A stretch of 64,000 bases of DNA, from contig OZ210885.1 of NCBI GenBank assembly GCA_964658305.1, forward strand, positions 16,492,001-16,556,000. Reading direction: 5' to 3'. The notes beneath the pieces are model-generated. The model was not told the DNA's origin. It saw only the letters and a list, made by a program, of their open reading frames with translations, and did no database searches. The stretch is from Leptogorgia sarmentosa. Taxonomy: Eukaryota. The translations under genes were made by a program, and so were the position numbers. Shown one piece after another: positions 39,501-54,500 of the stretch. Each line of letters begins with the position of its first letter. Within the stretch, counting starts at the first letter, position 1.

Positions 39501-42500
39501 TAAGCCTAGGTGGGGAAAGTTAGTACTTGGATGGGTGACTACCTGGGAATACTTTGTGTTGTAGACTTGCTTCATTTTATTGTTTGTGTGTTTGTAAATA
39601 GGTTTGCTTCCAATTTCAACTTCAGGGTTTTGTTATTGTTACACGTTTAAAAAGTGTAACTTCCATCAACAAATGTCTACGACCATACCAGTAGGAAAAT
39701 ACCGGTTCTCGTCTGATCACCGAAGTTAAGCCTAGGTGGGCAAAGTTAGTACTTGGATGGGTGACCACCTGGGAATACTTTGTGTTGTAGACTTGCTTCA
39801 TTTTGTTGTATGTGTGTTTGTAAGTAGGTTTGCTTTCAATTTCAACTTCAGGGTTTTGTTATTGTTACACGTTTAAAAAGTGTAACTTCCATCAACAAAT
39901 GTCTACGACCATACCAGTAGGAAAATACCGGTTCTCGTCTGATCACCGAAGTTAAGCCTAGGTGGGCAAAGTTAGTACTTGGATGGGTGACTACCTGGGA
40001 ATACTTTGTGTTGTAGACTTGCTTCATTTTATTGTATGTATGTGTGTTTGTAAATACGTTTGCTTTCAATTTCAACTTCAGGGTTTTGTTATTAATACAC
40101 ACGTTTAAAAAGTGTAACTTCCATCAACAAATGTCTACAACCATACCAGTAGGAAAATACCGGTTCTCGTCTGATCACCGAAGTTAGGCCTAGGTGGGAA
40201 AAGTTAGTACTTGGATGGGTGACCACCTGGGAATACTTTGTGTTGTAGACTTGCTTCATTTTATTGTATGTGTGTTTGTAAATAGGTTTGCTTTCAATTT
40301 CAACTTCAGGGTTTTGTTATTGTTACACGTTTAAAAAGTGTAACTTCCATCAACAAATGTCTACCACCATACCAGTAGGAAAATACCGGTTCTCGTCTGA
40401 TCACCGAAGTAAAGCCTAGGTAAAGCCTAGGTGGGCAAAGTTAGTACTTGGATGGGTGACCACCTGGGAATACTTTGTGTTGTAGACTTGCTTCATTTTA
40501 TTGTATGTGTGTTTGTAAGTAGGTTTGCTTTCAATTTCAACTTCAGGGTTTTGTTATTGTTACACGTTTAAAAAGTGTAAGTTCCATCAACAAATGTTTA
40601 CGACCATACCAGTAGGAAAATACCGGTTCTCGTCTGATCACCGAAGTTAAGCCTAGGTGGGCAAAGTTAGTACTTGGATGGGTGACTACCTGGGAATACT
40701 TTGTGTTGTAGACTTGCTTCATTTTATTGTATGTGTGTTTGTAAATAGGTTTGCTTTCAATTTCAACTTCAGGGTTTTGTTATTGTTACACATTTAAAAA
40801 GTGTAACTTCCATCAACAAATGTCTACGACCATACCAGTAGGAAAATACCGGTTCTCGTCTGATCACCGAAGTTAGGCCTAGGTGGGAAAAGTTAGTACT
40901 TGGATGGGTGACCACCTGGGAATACTTTGTGTTGTAGACTTGCTTCATTTTATTGTATGTGTGTTTGTAAATAGGTTTGCTTTCAATTTCAACTTCAGGG
41001 ATTTTGTTATTGCTACATCTGGAAATATTTTGTATTGTTGTTTTGCTAAATGTTATTTAATGCCTATTTGTAAATATAATTCCTTTCAACTTCAACTTCA
41101 GGGTTTTATTATTGTTACACGTTTAAAAAGTGTAACTTCCATCAACAAGTGTCTACGACCATACCAGTAGGAAAATACCGGTTCTGGTCTGATCACCGAA
41201 GTTAAGCCTAGGTGGGAAAAGTTAGTACTTGGATGGGTGACCACCTGGGAATACTTTGTGTTGTAGACTTGCTTCATTTTATTGTATGTGTGTTTGTAAA
41301 TAGGTTTGCTTTCAATTTCAACTTCAGGGTTTTGTTATTGTTACACGTTTAAAAAGTGTAACTTCCATCAGCAAATGTCTACGACCATACCAGTAGGAAA
41401 ATACCGGTTCTTGTCTGATCACCGAAGTTAAGCCTAGGTGGGCAAAGTTAGTACTTGGATGGGTGACCACCTGGGAATACTTTGTGTTGTAGACTTGCTT
41501 CATTTTATTGTATGTGTGTTTGTAAATAGGTTTGCTTTCAATATAAACTTCAGGGATTTTGTTATTGCTACATCTGGAAATACTTTGTATTGTTGTTTTG
41601 CTAAATGTTATTTAATGCCTATTTGTAAATATAATTCCTTTCAATTTCAACTTCAGGGTTTTGTTATTGTTACACGTTTAAAAAGTGTAACTTCCATCAA
41701 CAAATGTCTACGACCATACCAGTAGGAAAATGCCGGTTCTCGTCTGATCACCGAAGTTAAGCCTAGGTGGGCAAGGTTAGTACTTGGATGGGTGACCACC
41801 TAATAGGTTTAGACCACCTGGGAATACTTTGTGTTGTAGACTTGCTTCATTTTATTGTATGTGTGTTTGTAAATAGGTTTGCTTTCAATTTCAACTTCAG
41901 GGTTTTGTTATTGTTACACGTTTAAAAAGTGTTACTTCAATCAACAAATGTCTACGACGATACCAGTAGGAAAATACCGGTTCTCGTCTGATCACCGAAG
42001 TTAAGCCTAGGTGGGCAAGGTTAGTACTTGGATGGGTGACCACCTAATAGGTTTAGACCACCTGGGAATACTTTGTGTTGTAGACTTGCTTCATTTTATT
42101 GTATGTGTGTTTGTAAATAGGTTTGCTTTCAATTTCAACTTCAGGGTTTTGTTATTGTTACACGTTTAAAAAGTGTTACTTCAATCAACAAATGTCTACG
42201 ACGATACCAGTAGGAAAATACCGGTTCTCGTCTGATCACCGAAGTTAAGCCTAGGTGGGCAAAGTTAGTACTTGGATGGGTGACTACCTGGGAATACTTT
42301 GTGTTGTAGACTTGCTTCATTTTATTGTATGTGTGTTTGTAAATATAATTCCTTTCAATTTCAACTTCAGGGTTTTGTTATTGTTACACGTTTAAAAAGT
42401 GTAACTTCCATCAACAAATGTCTACGACCATACCAGTAGGAAAATACCGGTTCTCGTCTGATCACTGAAGTTAAGCCTAGGTGGGAAAAGTTAGTACTTG

Positions 42501-45500
42501 GATGGGTGACCACCTGGGAATACTTTGTGTTGTAGAGTTGCTTTGTTTTATTGTATGTGTGTTTTTAAATAGGTTTGCTTTCAATTTCAACTTCAGGGTT
42601 TTGTTATTGTTACACGTTTAAAAAGTGTAACTTCCATCAACAAATGTCTACGACCATACCAGTAGGAAAATACTGGTTCTCGTCTGATCACCGAAGCTCG
42701 TCTGATCACCGAAGTTAAGCCTAGGTGGGCAAAGTTAGTACTTGGATGGGTGACAACCTGGGAATACTTTGTGTTGTAGACTTGCTTCATTTTATTGTAT
42801 GTGTGTTTGTAAATAGGTTTGCTTTCAATTTCAACTTCAGGGTTTTGTTATTGTTACACGTTTGAAAAGTGTAACCTCCATCAATAAATGTCTACAACCA
42901 TACCAGTAGGAAAATACCAGTTCTCGTCTGATCACCGAAGTTAGGCCTAGGTGGGAAAAGTTAGTACTTGGATGGGTGACCACCTGGGAATACTTTGTGT
43001 TGTAGACTTGCTTCATTTTATTGTATGTGTGTCTGTAAATAGGTTTGCTTTCAATTTCAACTTCAGGGTTTTGTTATTGTTACACGTTTAAAAAGTGTAA
43101 CTTCCATCAACAAATGTCTACGACCATACCAGTAGGAAAATACCGGTTCTCATCTGATCACCGAAGTTAAGCCTAGGTGGGCAAAGTTAGTACTTGGATG
43201 GGTGACCACCTGGGAATACTTTGTGTTGTAGACTTGCTTCATTTTATTGTATGTGTGTTTGTAAGTAGGTTTGCTTTCAATTTCAACTTCAGGGTTTTGT
43301 TATTGTTACACGTTTAAAAAGTGTAAGTTCCATCAACAAATGTTTACGACCATACCAGTAGGAAAATACCGGTTCTCGTCTGATCACCGAAGTTAAGCCT
43401 AGGTGGGCAAAGTTAGTACTTGGATGGGTGACTACCTGGGAATACTTTGTGTTGTAGACTTGCTTCATTTTATTGTATGTGTGTTTGTAAATAGGTTTGC
43501 TTTCAATTTCAACTTCAGGGTTTTGTTATTGTTACACATTTAAAAAGTGTAACTTCCATCAACAAATGTCTACGACCATACCAGTAGGAAAATACCGGTT
43601 CTCGTCTGATCACCGAAGTTAGGCCTAGGTGGAAAAAGTTAGTACTTGGATGGGTGACCACCTGGGAATACTTTGTGTTGTAGACTTGCTTCATTTTATT
43701 GTATGTGTGTTTGTAAATAGGTTTGCTTTCAGCTTCAACTTCAGGGATTTTGTTATTGCTACATCTGGAAATATTTTGTATTGTTGTTTTGCTAAATGTT
43801 ATTTAATGCCTATTTGTAAATATAATTCCTTTCAACTTCAACTTCAGGGTTTTATTATTGTTACACGTTTAAAAAGTGTAACTTCCATCAACAAGTGTCT
43901 ACGACCATACCAGTAGGAAAATACCGGTTCTGGTCTGATCACCGAAGTTAAGCCTAGGTGGGAAAAGTTAGTACTTGGATGGGTGACCACCTGGGAATAC
44001 TTTGTGTTGTAGACTTGCTTCATTTTATTGTACGTGTGTTTGTAAATAGGTTTGCTTTCAATTTCAACTTCAGGGTTTTGTTATTGTTACACGTTTAAAA
44101 AGTGTAACTTCCATCAACAAATGTCTACGACCATACCAGTAGGAAAATACCGGTTCTCGTCTGATCACCGAAGTTAAGCCTAGGTGGGCAAAGTTAGTAC
44201 TTGGATGGGTGACCACCTGGGAATACTTTGTGTTGTAGACTTGCTTCATTTTATTGTATGTGTGTTTGTAAATAGGTTTGCTTTCAATTTCAACTTCAGG
44301 GTTTTGTTATTGTTACACGTTTAAAAAGTGTTACTTCAATCAACAAATGTCTACGACGATACCAGTAGGAAAATACCGGTTCTCGTCTGATCACCGAAGT
44401 TAAGCCTAGGTGGGCAAAGTTAGTACTTGGATGGGTGACTACCTGGGAATACTTTGTGTTGTAGACTTGCTTCATTTTATTGTATGTGTGTTTGTAAATA
44501 TAATTCCTTTCAATTTCAACTTCAGGGTTTTGTTATTGTTACACGTTTAAAAAGTGTAACTTCCATCTACAAATGTCTACGACCATACCAGTAGGAAAAT
44601 ACCGGTTCTCGTCTGATCACCGAAGCTCGTCTGATCACCGAAGTTAAGCCTAGGTGGGCAAAGTTAGTACTTGGATGGGTGACAACCTGGGAATACTTTG
44701 TGTTGTAGACTTGCTTCATTTTATTGTATGTGTGTTTGTAAATAGGTTTGCTTTCAATTTCAACTTCAGGGTTTTGTTATTGTTACACGTTTGAAAAGTG
44801 TAACCTCCATCAATAAATGTCTACAACCATACCAGTAGGAAAATACCAGTTCTCGTCTGATCACCGAAGTTAGGCCTAGGTGTGAAAAGTTAGTACTTGG
44901 ATGGGTGACCACCTGGGAATACTTTGTGTTGTAGACTTGCTTCATTTTATTGTATGTGTGTCTGTAAATAGGTTTGCTTTCAATTTCAACTTCAGGGTTT
45001 TGTTATTGTTACACGTTTAAAAAGTGTAACTTCCATCAACAAATGTCTACGACCATACCAGTAGGAAAATACCGGTTCTCATCTGATCACCGAAGTTAAG
45101 CCTAGGTGGGCAAAGTTAGTACTTGGATGGGTGACCACCTGGGAATACTTTGTGTTGTAGACTTGCTTCATTTTATTGTATGTGTGTTTGTAAGTAGGTT
45201 TGCTTTCAATTTCAACTTCAGGGTTTTGTTATTGTTACACGTTTAAAAAGTGTAAGTTCCATCAACAAATGTTTACGACCATACCAGTAGGAAAATACCG
45301 GTTCTCGTCTGATCACCGAAGTTAAGCCTAGGTGGGCAAAGTTAGTACTTGGATGGGTGACTACCTGGGAATACTTTGTGTTGTAGACTTGCTTCATTTT
45401 ATTGTATGTGTGTTTGTAAATAGGTTTGCTTTCAATTTCAACTTCAGGGTTTTGTTATTGTTACACATTTAAAAAGTGTAACTTCCATCAACAAATGTCT

Positions 45501-48500
45501 ACGACCATACCAGTAGGAAAATACCGGTTCTCGTCTGATCACCGAAGTTAGGCCTAGGTGGGAAAAGTTAGTACTTGGATGGGTGACCACCTGGGAATAC
45601 TTTGTGTTGTAGACTTGCTTCATTTTATTGTATGTGTGTTTGTAAATAGGTTTGCTTTCAATTTCAACTTCAGGGATTTTGTTATTGCTACATCTGGAAA
45701 TATTTTGTATTGTTGTTTTGCTAAATGTTATTTAATGCCTATTTGTAAATATAATTCCTTTCAATTTCAACTTCAGGGTTTTGTTATTGTTACACATTTA
45801 AAAAGTGTAACTTGCATCAACAAATGTCTACGACCGTACGAGTAGGAAAATACCGGTTCTCGTCTGATCACCGAAGTTAAGCCTAGGTGGGCAAAGTTAG
45901 TATTTGCATGGGTGACCACCTGGGAATACTTTGTGTTGTAGACTTACTTCATTTTATTGCATGTGTGTTTGTAAATAGGTTTGCTTTCAATGTAAACTTC
46001 AGGGATTTTGTTATTGCTACATCTGGAAATACTTTGTATTGTTGTTTTGCTAAATGTTATTTAATGCCTATTTGTAAATATAATTCCTTTCAACTTCAAC
46101 TTCAGGGTTTTGTTATTGTTACACGTTTAAAAAGTGTAACTTCCATCAACAAATGTCTACGACCATACCAGTAGGAAAATACCGGTTCTCGTCTTATCAC
46201 CGAAGTTAAGTCTAGGTGGGCAAAGTTAGTAGTTGGATGGGTGACCACCTGGGAATACTTTGTGTTGTAGACTTGCTTCATTTTGTTGTATGTGTGTTTG
46301 TAAGTAGGTTTGCTTTCAATTTCAACTTCAGGGTTTTGTTATTGTTACACGTTTAAAAAGTGTAACTTCCATCAATAAATGTCTACGACCATACCAGTAG
46401 GAAAATACCGGTTCTCGTCTGATCACCGAAGTTAGGCCTAGGTGGGAAAAGTTAGTACTTGGATGGGTGACCACCTGGGAATACTTTGTGTTGTAGACTT
46501 GCTTCATTTTATTGTATGTGTGTTTGTAAATAGGTTTGCTTTCAATTTCAACTTCAGGGATTTTGTTATTGCTACATCTGGAAATATTTTGTATTGTTGT
46601 TTTGCTAAATGTTATTTAATGCCTATTTGTAAATATAATTCCTTTCAACTTCAACTTCAGGGTTTTATTATTGTTACACGTTTAAAAAGTGTAACTTCCA
46701 TCAACAAGTGTCTACGACCATACCAGTAGGAAAATACCGGTTCTCGTCTGATCACCGAAGTTAAGCCTAGGTGGGAAAAGTTAGTACTTGGATGGGTGAC
46801 CACCTGGGAATACTTTGTGTTGTAGACTTGCTTCATTTTATTGTATGTGTGTTTGTAAATAGGTTTGCTTTCAATTTCAACTTCAGGGTTTTGTTATTGT
46901 TACACGTTTAAAAAGTGTAACTTCCATCAACAAATGTCTACGACCATACCAGTAGGAAAATACCGGTTCTCGTCTGATCACCGAAGTTAAGCCTAGGTGG
47001 GCAAAGTTAGTACTTGGATGGGTGACCACCTGGGAATACTTTGTGTTGTAGACTTGCTTCATTTTATTGTATGTGTGTTTGTAAATAGGTTTGCTTTCAA
47101 TGTAAACTTCAGGGATTTTGTTATTGCTACATCTGGAAATACTTTGTATTGTTGTTTTCCTAAATGTTATTTAATGCCTATTTGTAAATATAATTCCTTT
47201 CAATTTCAACTTCAGGGTTTTGTTATTGTTACACATTTAAAAAGTGTAACTTGCATCAACAAATGTCTACGACCGTACGAGTAGGAAAATACCGGTTCTC
47301 GTCTGATCACCGAAGTTAAGCCTAGGTGGGCAAAGTTAGTACTTTGATGGGTGACTACCTGCGAATACTTTGTGTTGTAGACTTGCTTCATTTTATTGTA
47401 TGTGTGTTTGTAAATATAATTCCTTTCAATCTCAACTTCAGGGTTTTGTTATTGTTACACGTTTAAAAAGTGTAACTTCCATCAATAAATGTCTACGACC
47501 ATACCACTAGGAAAATACCGGTTCTCGTCTGATCACCGAAGTTAAGCGTAGGTGGGAAAAGTTAGTACTTGGATGGGTGACCACCTGGGAATACTTTGTG
47601 TTGTAGATTTGCTTCATTTTATTGTATGTGTGTTTTTAAATAGGTTTGCTTTCAATTTCAACTTCAGGGTTTTGTTATTGTTACACGTTTAAAAAGTGTA
47701 ACTTCCATCAACAAATGTCTACGACCATACCAGTAGGAAAATACCGGTTCTCGTCTGATCACTGAAGTTAGGCCTAGGTAGGCAAAGTTAGTACTTGGAT
47801 GGGTGACCACCTGGGAATACTTTGTGTTGTAGACTTGCTTCATTTTATTGTATGTTTGTTTGTAAATAGGTTTGCTTTCAATGTAAACTTCAGGGATTTT
47901 GTTATTGCTACATCTGGAAATACTTTGTATTGTTGTTTTGCTAAATGTTATTTAATCCCTATTTGTAAATATAATTCCTTTCAATTTCAACTTCAGGGTT
48001 CTGTTATTGTTACACGTTTAAAAAGTGTAACTTCCATCAACAAATGCCTACGACCGTACGAGTAGGAAAATACCGGTTCTCGTCTGATCACCGAAGTTAA
48101 GCCTAGGTGGGTAAAGTTAGCAGTTGGATGGGTGACCACCTGGGAATACTTTGCGTTGTAGACTTGCTTCATTTTGTTGTATGTGTGTTTGTAAGTAGGT
48201 TTGCTTTCAATTTCAACTTCAGGGTTTTGTTATTGTTACACGTTTAAAAAGTGTAACTTCCATCAACAAATGTCTACCACCATACCAGTAGGAAAATACC
48301 GGTTCTCGTCTGATCACCGAAGTTAAGCCTAGGTGGGCAAAGTTAGTACTTGGATGGGTGACTACCTGGGAATACTTTGTGTTGTAGACTTGCTTCATTT
48401 TATTGTTTGTGTGTTTGTAAATAGGTTTGCTTTCAATTTCAACTTCAGGGTTTTGTTATTGTTACACGTTTAAAAAGTGTAACTTCCATCAACAAATGTC

Positions 48501-51500
48501 TACGACCATACCAGTAGGAAAATACCGGTTCTCGTCTGATCACCGAAGTTAAGCCTAGGTGGGCAAAGTTAGTACTTGGATGGGTGACCACCTGGGAATA
48601 CTTTGTGTTGTAGACTTGCTTCATTTTGTTGTATGTGTGTTTGTAAGTAGGTTTGCTTTCAATTTCAACTTCAGGGTTTTGTTATTGTTACACGTTTAAA
48701 AAGTGTAACTTCCATCAACAAATGTCTACGACCATACCAGTAGGTAAATACCGGTTCTCGTCTGATCACCGAAGTTAAGCCTAGGTGGGCAAAGTTAGTA
48801 CTTGGATGGGTGACTACCTGGGAATACTTTGTGTTGTAGACTTGCTTCATTTTATTGTATGTGTGTTTGTAAATAGGTTTGCTTTCAATTTCAACTTCAG
48901 GGTTTTGTTATTAATACACACGTTTAAAAAGTGTAACTTCCATCAACAAATGTCTACAACCATACCAGTAGGAAAATACCGGTTCTCGTCTGATCACCGA
49001 AGTTAGGCCTAGGTGGGAAAAGTTAGTACTTGGATGGGTGACCACCTGGGAATACTTTGTGTTGTAGACTTGCTTCATTTTATTGTATGTGTGTTTGTAA
49101 ATAGGTTTGCTTTCAATTTCAACTTCAGGGATTTTGTTATTGCTACATCTGGAAATACTTTGTATTGTTGTTTTGCTAAATGTTATTTAATGCCTATTTG
49201 TAAATATAATTCCTTTCAACTTCAACTTCAGGGTTTTGTTATTGTTACACGTTTAAAAAGTGTAACTTCCATCAACAAGTGTCTACAACCATACCAGTAG
49301 GAAAATACCGATTCTCGTCTGATCACCGAAGTTAAGCCTAGGTGGGCAAAGTTAGTAGTTGGATGGGTGACCACCTGGGAATACTTTGTGTTGTAGACTT
49401 GCTTCATTTTGTTGTATGTGTGTTTGTAAGTAGGTTTGCTTTCAATTTCAACTTCAGGGTTTTGTTATTGTTACACGTTTAAAAAGTGTAACTTCCATCA
49501 ATAAATGTCTACGACCATACCAGTAGGAAAATACCGGTTCTCGTCTGATCACCGAAGTTAGGCCTAGGTGGGAAAAGTTAGTACTTGGATGGGTGACCAC
49601 CTGGGAATACTTTGTGTTGTAGACTTGCTTCATTTTATTGTATGTGTGTTTGTAAATAGGTTTGCTTTCAATTTCAACTTCAGGGATTTTGTTATTGCTA
49701 CATCTGGAAATATTTTGTATTGTTGTTTTGCTAAATGTTATTTAATGCCTATTTGTAAATATAATTCCTTTCAACTTCAACTTCAGGGTTTTATTATTGT
49801 TACACGTTTAAAAAGTGTAACTTCCATCAACAAGTGTCTACGACCATACCAGTAGGAAAATACCGGTTCTCGTCTGATCACCGAAGTTAAGCCTAGGTGG
49901 GAAAAGTTAGTACTTGGATGGGTGACCACCTGGGAATACTTTGTGTTGTAGACTTGCTTCATTTTATTGTATGTGTGTTTGTAAATAGGTTTGCTTTCAA
50001 TTTCAACTTCAGGGTTTTGTTATTGTTACACGTTTAAAAAGTGTAACTTCCATCAACAAATGTCTACGACCATACCAGTAGGAAAATACCGGTTCTCGTC
50101 TGATCACCGAAGTTAAGCCTAGGTGGGCAAAGTTAGTACTTGGATGGGTGACCACCTGGGAATACTTTGTGTTGTAGACTTGCTTCATTTTATTGTATGT
50201 GTGTTTGTAAATAGGTTTGCTTTCAATGTAAACTTCAGGGATTTTGTTATTGCTACATCTGGAAATACTTTGTATTGTTGTTTTCCTAAATGTTATTTAA
50301 TGCCTATTTGTAAATATAATTCCTTTCAATTTCAAGTTCAGGGTTTTGTTATTGTTACACATTTAAAAAGTGTAACTTGCATCAACAAATGTCTACGACC
50401 GTACGAGTAGGAAAATACCGGTTCTCGTCTGATCACCGAAGTTAAGCCTAGGTGGGCAAAGTTAGTACTTGGATGGGTGACTACCTGCGAATACTTTGTG
50501 TTGTAGACTTGCTTCATTTTATTGTATGTGTGTTTGTAAATATAATTCCTTTCAATCTCAACTTCAGGGTTTTGTTATTGTTACACGTTTAAAAAGTGTA
50601 ACTTCCATCAATAAATGTCTACGACCATACCACTAGGAAAATACCGGTTCTCGTCTGATCACCGAAGTTAAGCGTAGGTGGGAAAAGTTAGTACTTGGAT
50701 GGGTGACCACCTGGGAATAATTTGTGTTGTAGATTTGCTTCATTTTATTGTATGTGTGTTTTTAAATAGGTTTGCTTTCAATTTCAACTTCAGGGTTTTG
50801 TTATTGTTACACGTTTAAAAAGTGTAACTACCATCAACAAATGTCTACGACCATACCAGTAGGAAAATACCGGTTCTCGTCTGATCACTGAAGTTAGGCC
50901 TAGGTAGGCAAAGTTAGTACTTGGATGGGTGACCACCTGGGAATACTTTGTGTTGTAGACTTGCTTCATTTTATTGTATGTGTGTTTGTAAATAGGTTTG
51001 CTTTCAATGTAAACTTCAGGGATTTTGTTATTGCTACATCTGGAAATACTTTGTATTGTTGTTTTGCTAAATGTTATTTAATCCCTATTTGTAAATATAA
51101 TTCCTTTCAATTTCAACTTCAGGGTTCTGTTATTGTTACACGTTTAAAAAGTGTAACTTCCATCAAATGCCTACGACCGTACGAGTAGGAAAATACCGGT
51201 TCTCGTCTGATCACCGAAGTTAAGCCTAGGTGGGTAAAGTTAGCAGTTGGATGGGTGACCACCTGGGAATACTTTGCGTTGTAGACTTGCTTCATTTTGT
51301 TGTATGTGTGTTTGTAAGTAGGTTTGCTTTCAATTTCAACTTCAGGGTTTTGTTATTGTTACACGTTTAAAAAGTGTAACTTCCATCAACAAATGTCTAC
51401 GACCATACCAGTAGGAAAATACCGGTTCTCGTCTGATCACCGAAGTTAAGCCTAGGTGGGGAAAGTTAGTACTTGGATGGGTGACTACCTGGGAATACTT

Positions 51501-54500
51501 TGTGTTGTAGACTTGCTTCATTTTATTGTTTGTGTGTTTGTAAATAGGTTTGCTTCCAATTTCAACTTCAGGGTTTTGTTATTGTTACACGTTTAAAAAG
51601 TGTAACTTCCATCAACAAATGTCTACGACCATACCAGTAGGAAAATACCGGTTCTCGTCTGATCACCGAAGTTAAGCCTAGGTGGGCAAAGTTAGTACTT
51701 GGATGGGTGACCACCTGGGAATACTTTGTGTTGTAGACTTGCTTCATTTTGTTGTATGTGTGTTTGTAAGTAGGTTTGCTTTCAATTTCAACTTCAGGGT
51801 TTTGTTATTGTTACACGTTTAAAAAGTGTAACTTCCATCAACAAATGTCTACGACCATACCAGTAGGAAAATACCGGTTCTCGTCTGATCACCGAAGTTA
51901 AGCCTAGGTGGGCAAAGTTAGTACTTGGATGGGTGACTACCTGGGAATACTTTGTGTTGTAGACTTGCTTCATTTTATTGTATGTATGTGTGTTTGTAAA
52001 TACGTTTGCTTTCAATTTCAACTTCAGGGTTTTGTTATTAATACACACGTTTAAAAAGTGTAACTTCCATCAACAAATGTCTACAACCATACCAGTAGGA
52101 AAATACCGGTTCTCGTCTGATCACCGAAGTTAGGCCTAGGTGGGAAAAGTTAGTACTTGGATGGGTGACCACCTGGGAATACTTTGTGTTGTAGACTTGC
52201 TTCATTTTATTGTATGTGTGTTTGTAAATAGGTTTGCTTTCAATTTCAACTTCAGGGTTTTGTTATTGTTACACGTTTAAAAAGTGTAACTTCCATCAAC
52301 AAATGTCTACCACCATACCAGTAGGAAAATACCGGTTCTCGTCTGATCACCGAAGTAAAGCCTAGGTAAAGCCTAGGTGGGCAAAGTTAGTACTTGGATG
52401 GGTGACCACCTGGGAATACTTTGTGTTGTAGACTTGCTTCATTTTATTGTATGTGTGTTTGTAAGTAGGTTTGCTTTCAATTTCAACTTCAGGGTTTTGT
52501 TATTGTTACACGTTTAAAAAGTGTAAGTTCCATCAACAAATGTTTACGACCATACCAGTAGGAAAATACCGGTTCTCGTCTGATCACCGAAGTTAAGCCT
52601 AGGTGGGCAAAGTTAGTACTTGGATGGGTGACTACCTGGGAATACTTTGTGTTGTAGACTTGCTTCATTTTATTGTATGTGTGTTTGTAAATAGGTTTGC
52701 TTTCAATTTCAACTTCAGGGTTTTGTTATTGTTACACATTTAAAAAGTGTAACTTCCATCAACAAATGTCTACGACCATACCAGTAGGAAAATACCGGTT
52801 CTCGTCTGATCACCGAAGTTAGGCCTAGGTGGGAAAAGTTAGTACTTGGATGGGTGACCACCTGGGAATACTTTGTGTTGTAGACTTGCTTCATTTTATT
52901 GTATGTGTGTTTGTAAATAGGTTTGCTTTCAATTTCAACTTCAGGGATTTTGTTATTGCTACATCTGGAAATATTTTGTATTGTTGTTTTGCTAAATGTT
53001 ATTTAATGCCTATTTGTAAATATAATTCCTTTCAACTTCAACTTCAGGGTTTTATTATTGTTACACGTTTAAAAAGTGTAACTTCCATCAACAAGTGTCT
53101 ACGACCATACCAGTAGGAAAATACCGGTTCTGGTCTGATCACCGAAGTTAAGCCTAGGTGGGAAAAGTTAGTACTTGGATGGGTGACCACCTGGGAATAC
53201 TTTGTGTTGTAGACTTGCTTCATTTTATTGTATGTGTGTTTGTAAATAGGTTTGCTTTCAATTTCAACTTCAGGGTTTTGTTATTGTTACACGTTTAAAA
53301 AGTGTAACTTCCATCAGCAAATGTCTACGACCATACCAGTAGGAAAATACCGGTTCTTGTCTGATCACCGAAGTTAAGCCTAGGTGGGCAAAGTTAGTAC
53401 TTGGATGGGTGACCACCTGGGAATACTTTGTGTTGTAGACTTGCTTCATTTTATTGTATGTGTGTTTGTAAATAGGTTTGCTTTCAATATAAACTTCAGG
53501 GATTTTGTTATTGCTACATCTGGAAATACTTTGTATTGTTGTTTTGCTAAATGTTATTTAATGCCTATTTGTAAATATAATTCCTTTCAATTTCAACTTC
53601 AGGGTTTTGTTATTGTTACACGTTTAAAAAGTGTAACTTCCATCAACAAATGTCTACGACCATACCAGTAGGAAAATGCCGGTTCTCGTCTGATCACCGA
53701 AGTTAAGCCTAGGTGGGCAAGGTTAGTACTTGGATGGGTGACCACCTAATAGGTTTAGACCACCTGGGAATACTTTGTGTTGTAGACTTGCTTCATTTTA
53801 TTGTATGTGTGTTTGTAAATAGGTTTGCTTTCAATTTCAACTTCAGGGTTTTGTTATTGTTACACGTTTAAAAAGTGTTACTTCAATCAACAAATGTCTA
53901 CGACGATACCAGTAGGAAAATACCGGTTCTCGTCTGATCACCGAAGTTAAGCCTAGGTGGGCAAGGTTAGTACTTGGATGGGTGACCACCTAATAGGTTT
54001 AGACCACCTGGGAATACTTTGTGTTGTAGACTTGCTTCATTTTATTGTATGTGTGTTTGTAAATAGGTTTGCTTTCAATTTCAACTTCAGGGTTTTGTTA
54101 TTGTTACACGTTTAAAAAGTGTTACTTCAATCAACAAATGTCTACGACGATACCAGTAGGAAAATACCGGTTCTCGTCTGATCACCGAAGTTAAGCCTAG
54201 GTGGGCAAAGTTAGTACTTGGATGGGTGACTACCTGGGAATACTTTGTGTTGTAGACTTGCTTCATTTTATTGTATGTGTGTTTGTAAATATAATTCCTT
54301 TCAATTTCAACTTCAGGGTTTTGTTATTGTTACACGTTTAAAAAGTGTAACTTCCATCAACAAATGTCTACGACCATACCAGTAGGAAAATACCGGTTCT
54401 CGTCTGATCACTGAAGTTAAGCCTAGGTGGGAAAAGTTAGTACTTGGATGGGTGACCACCTGGGAATACTTTGTGTTGTAGAGTTGCTTTGTTTTATTGT

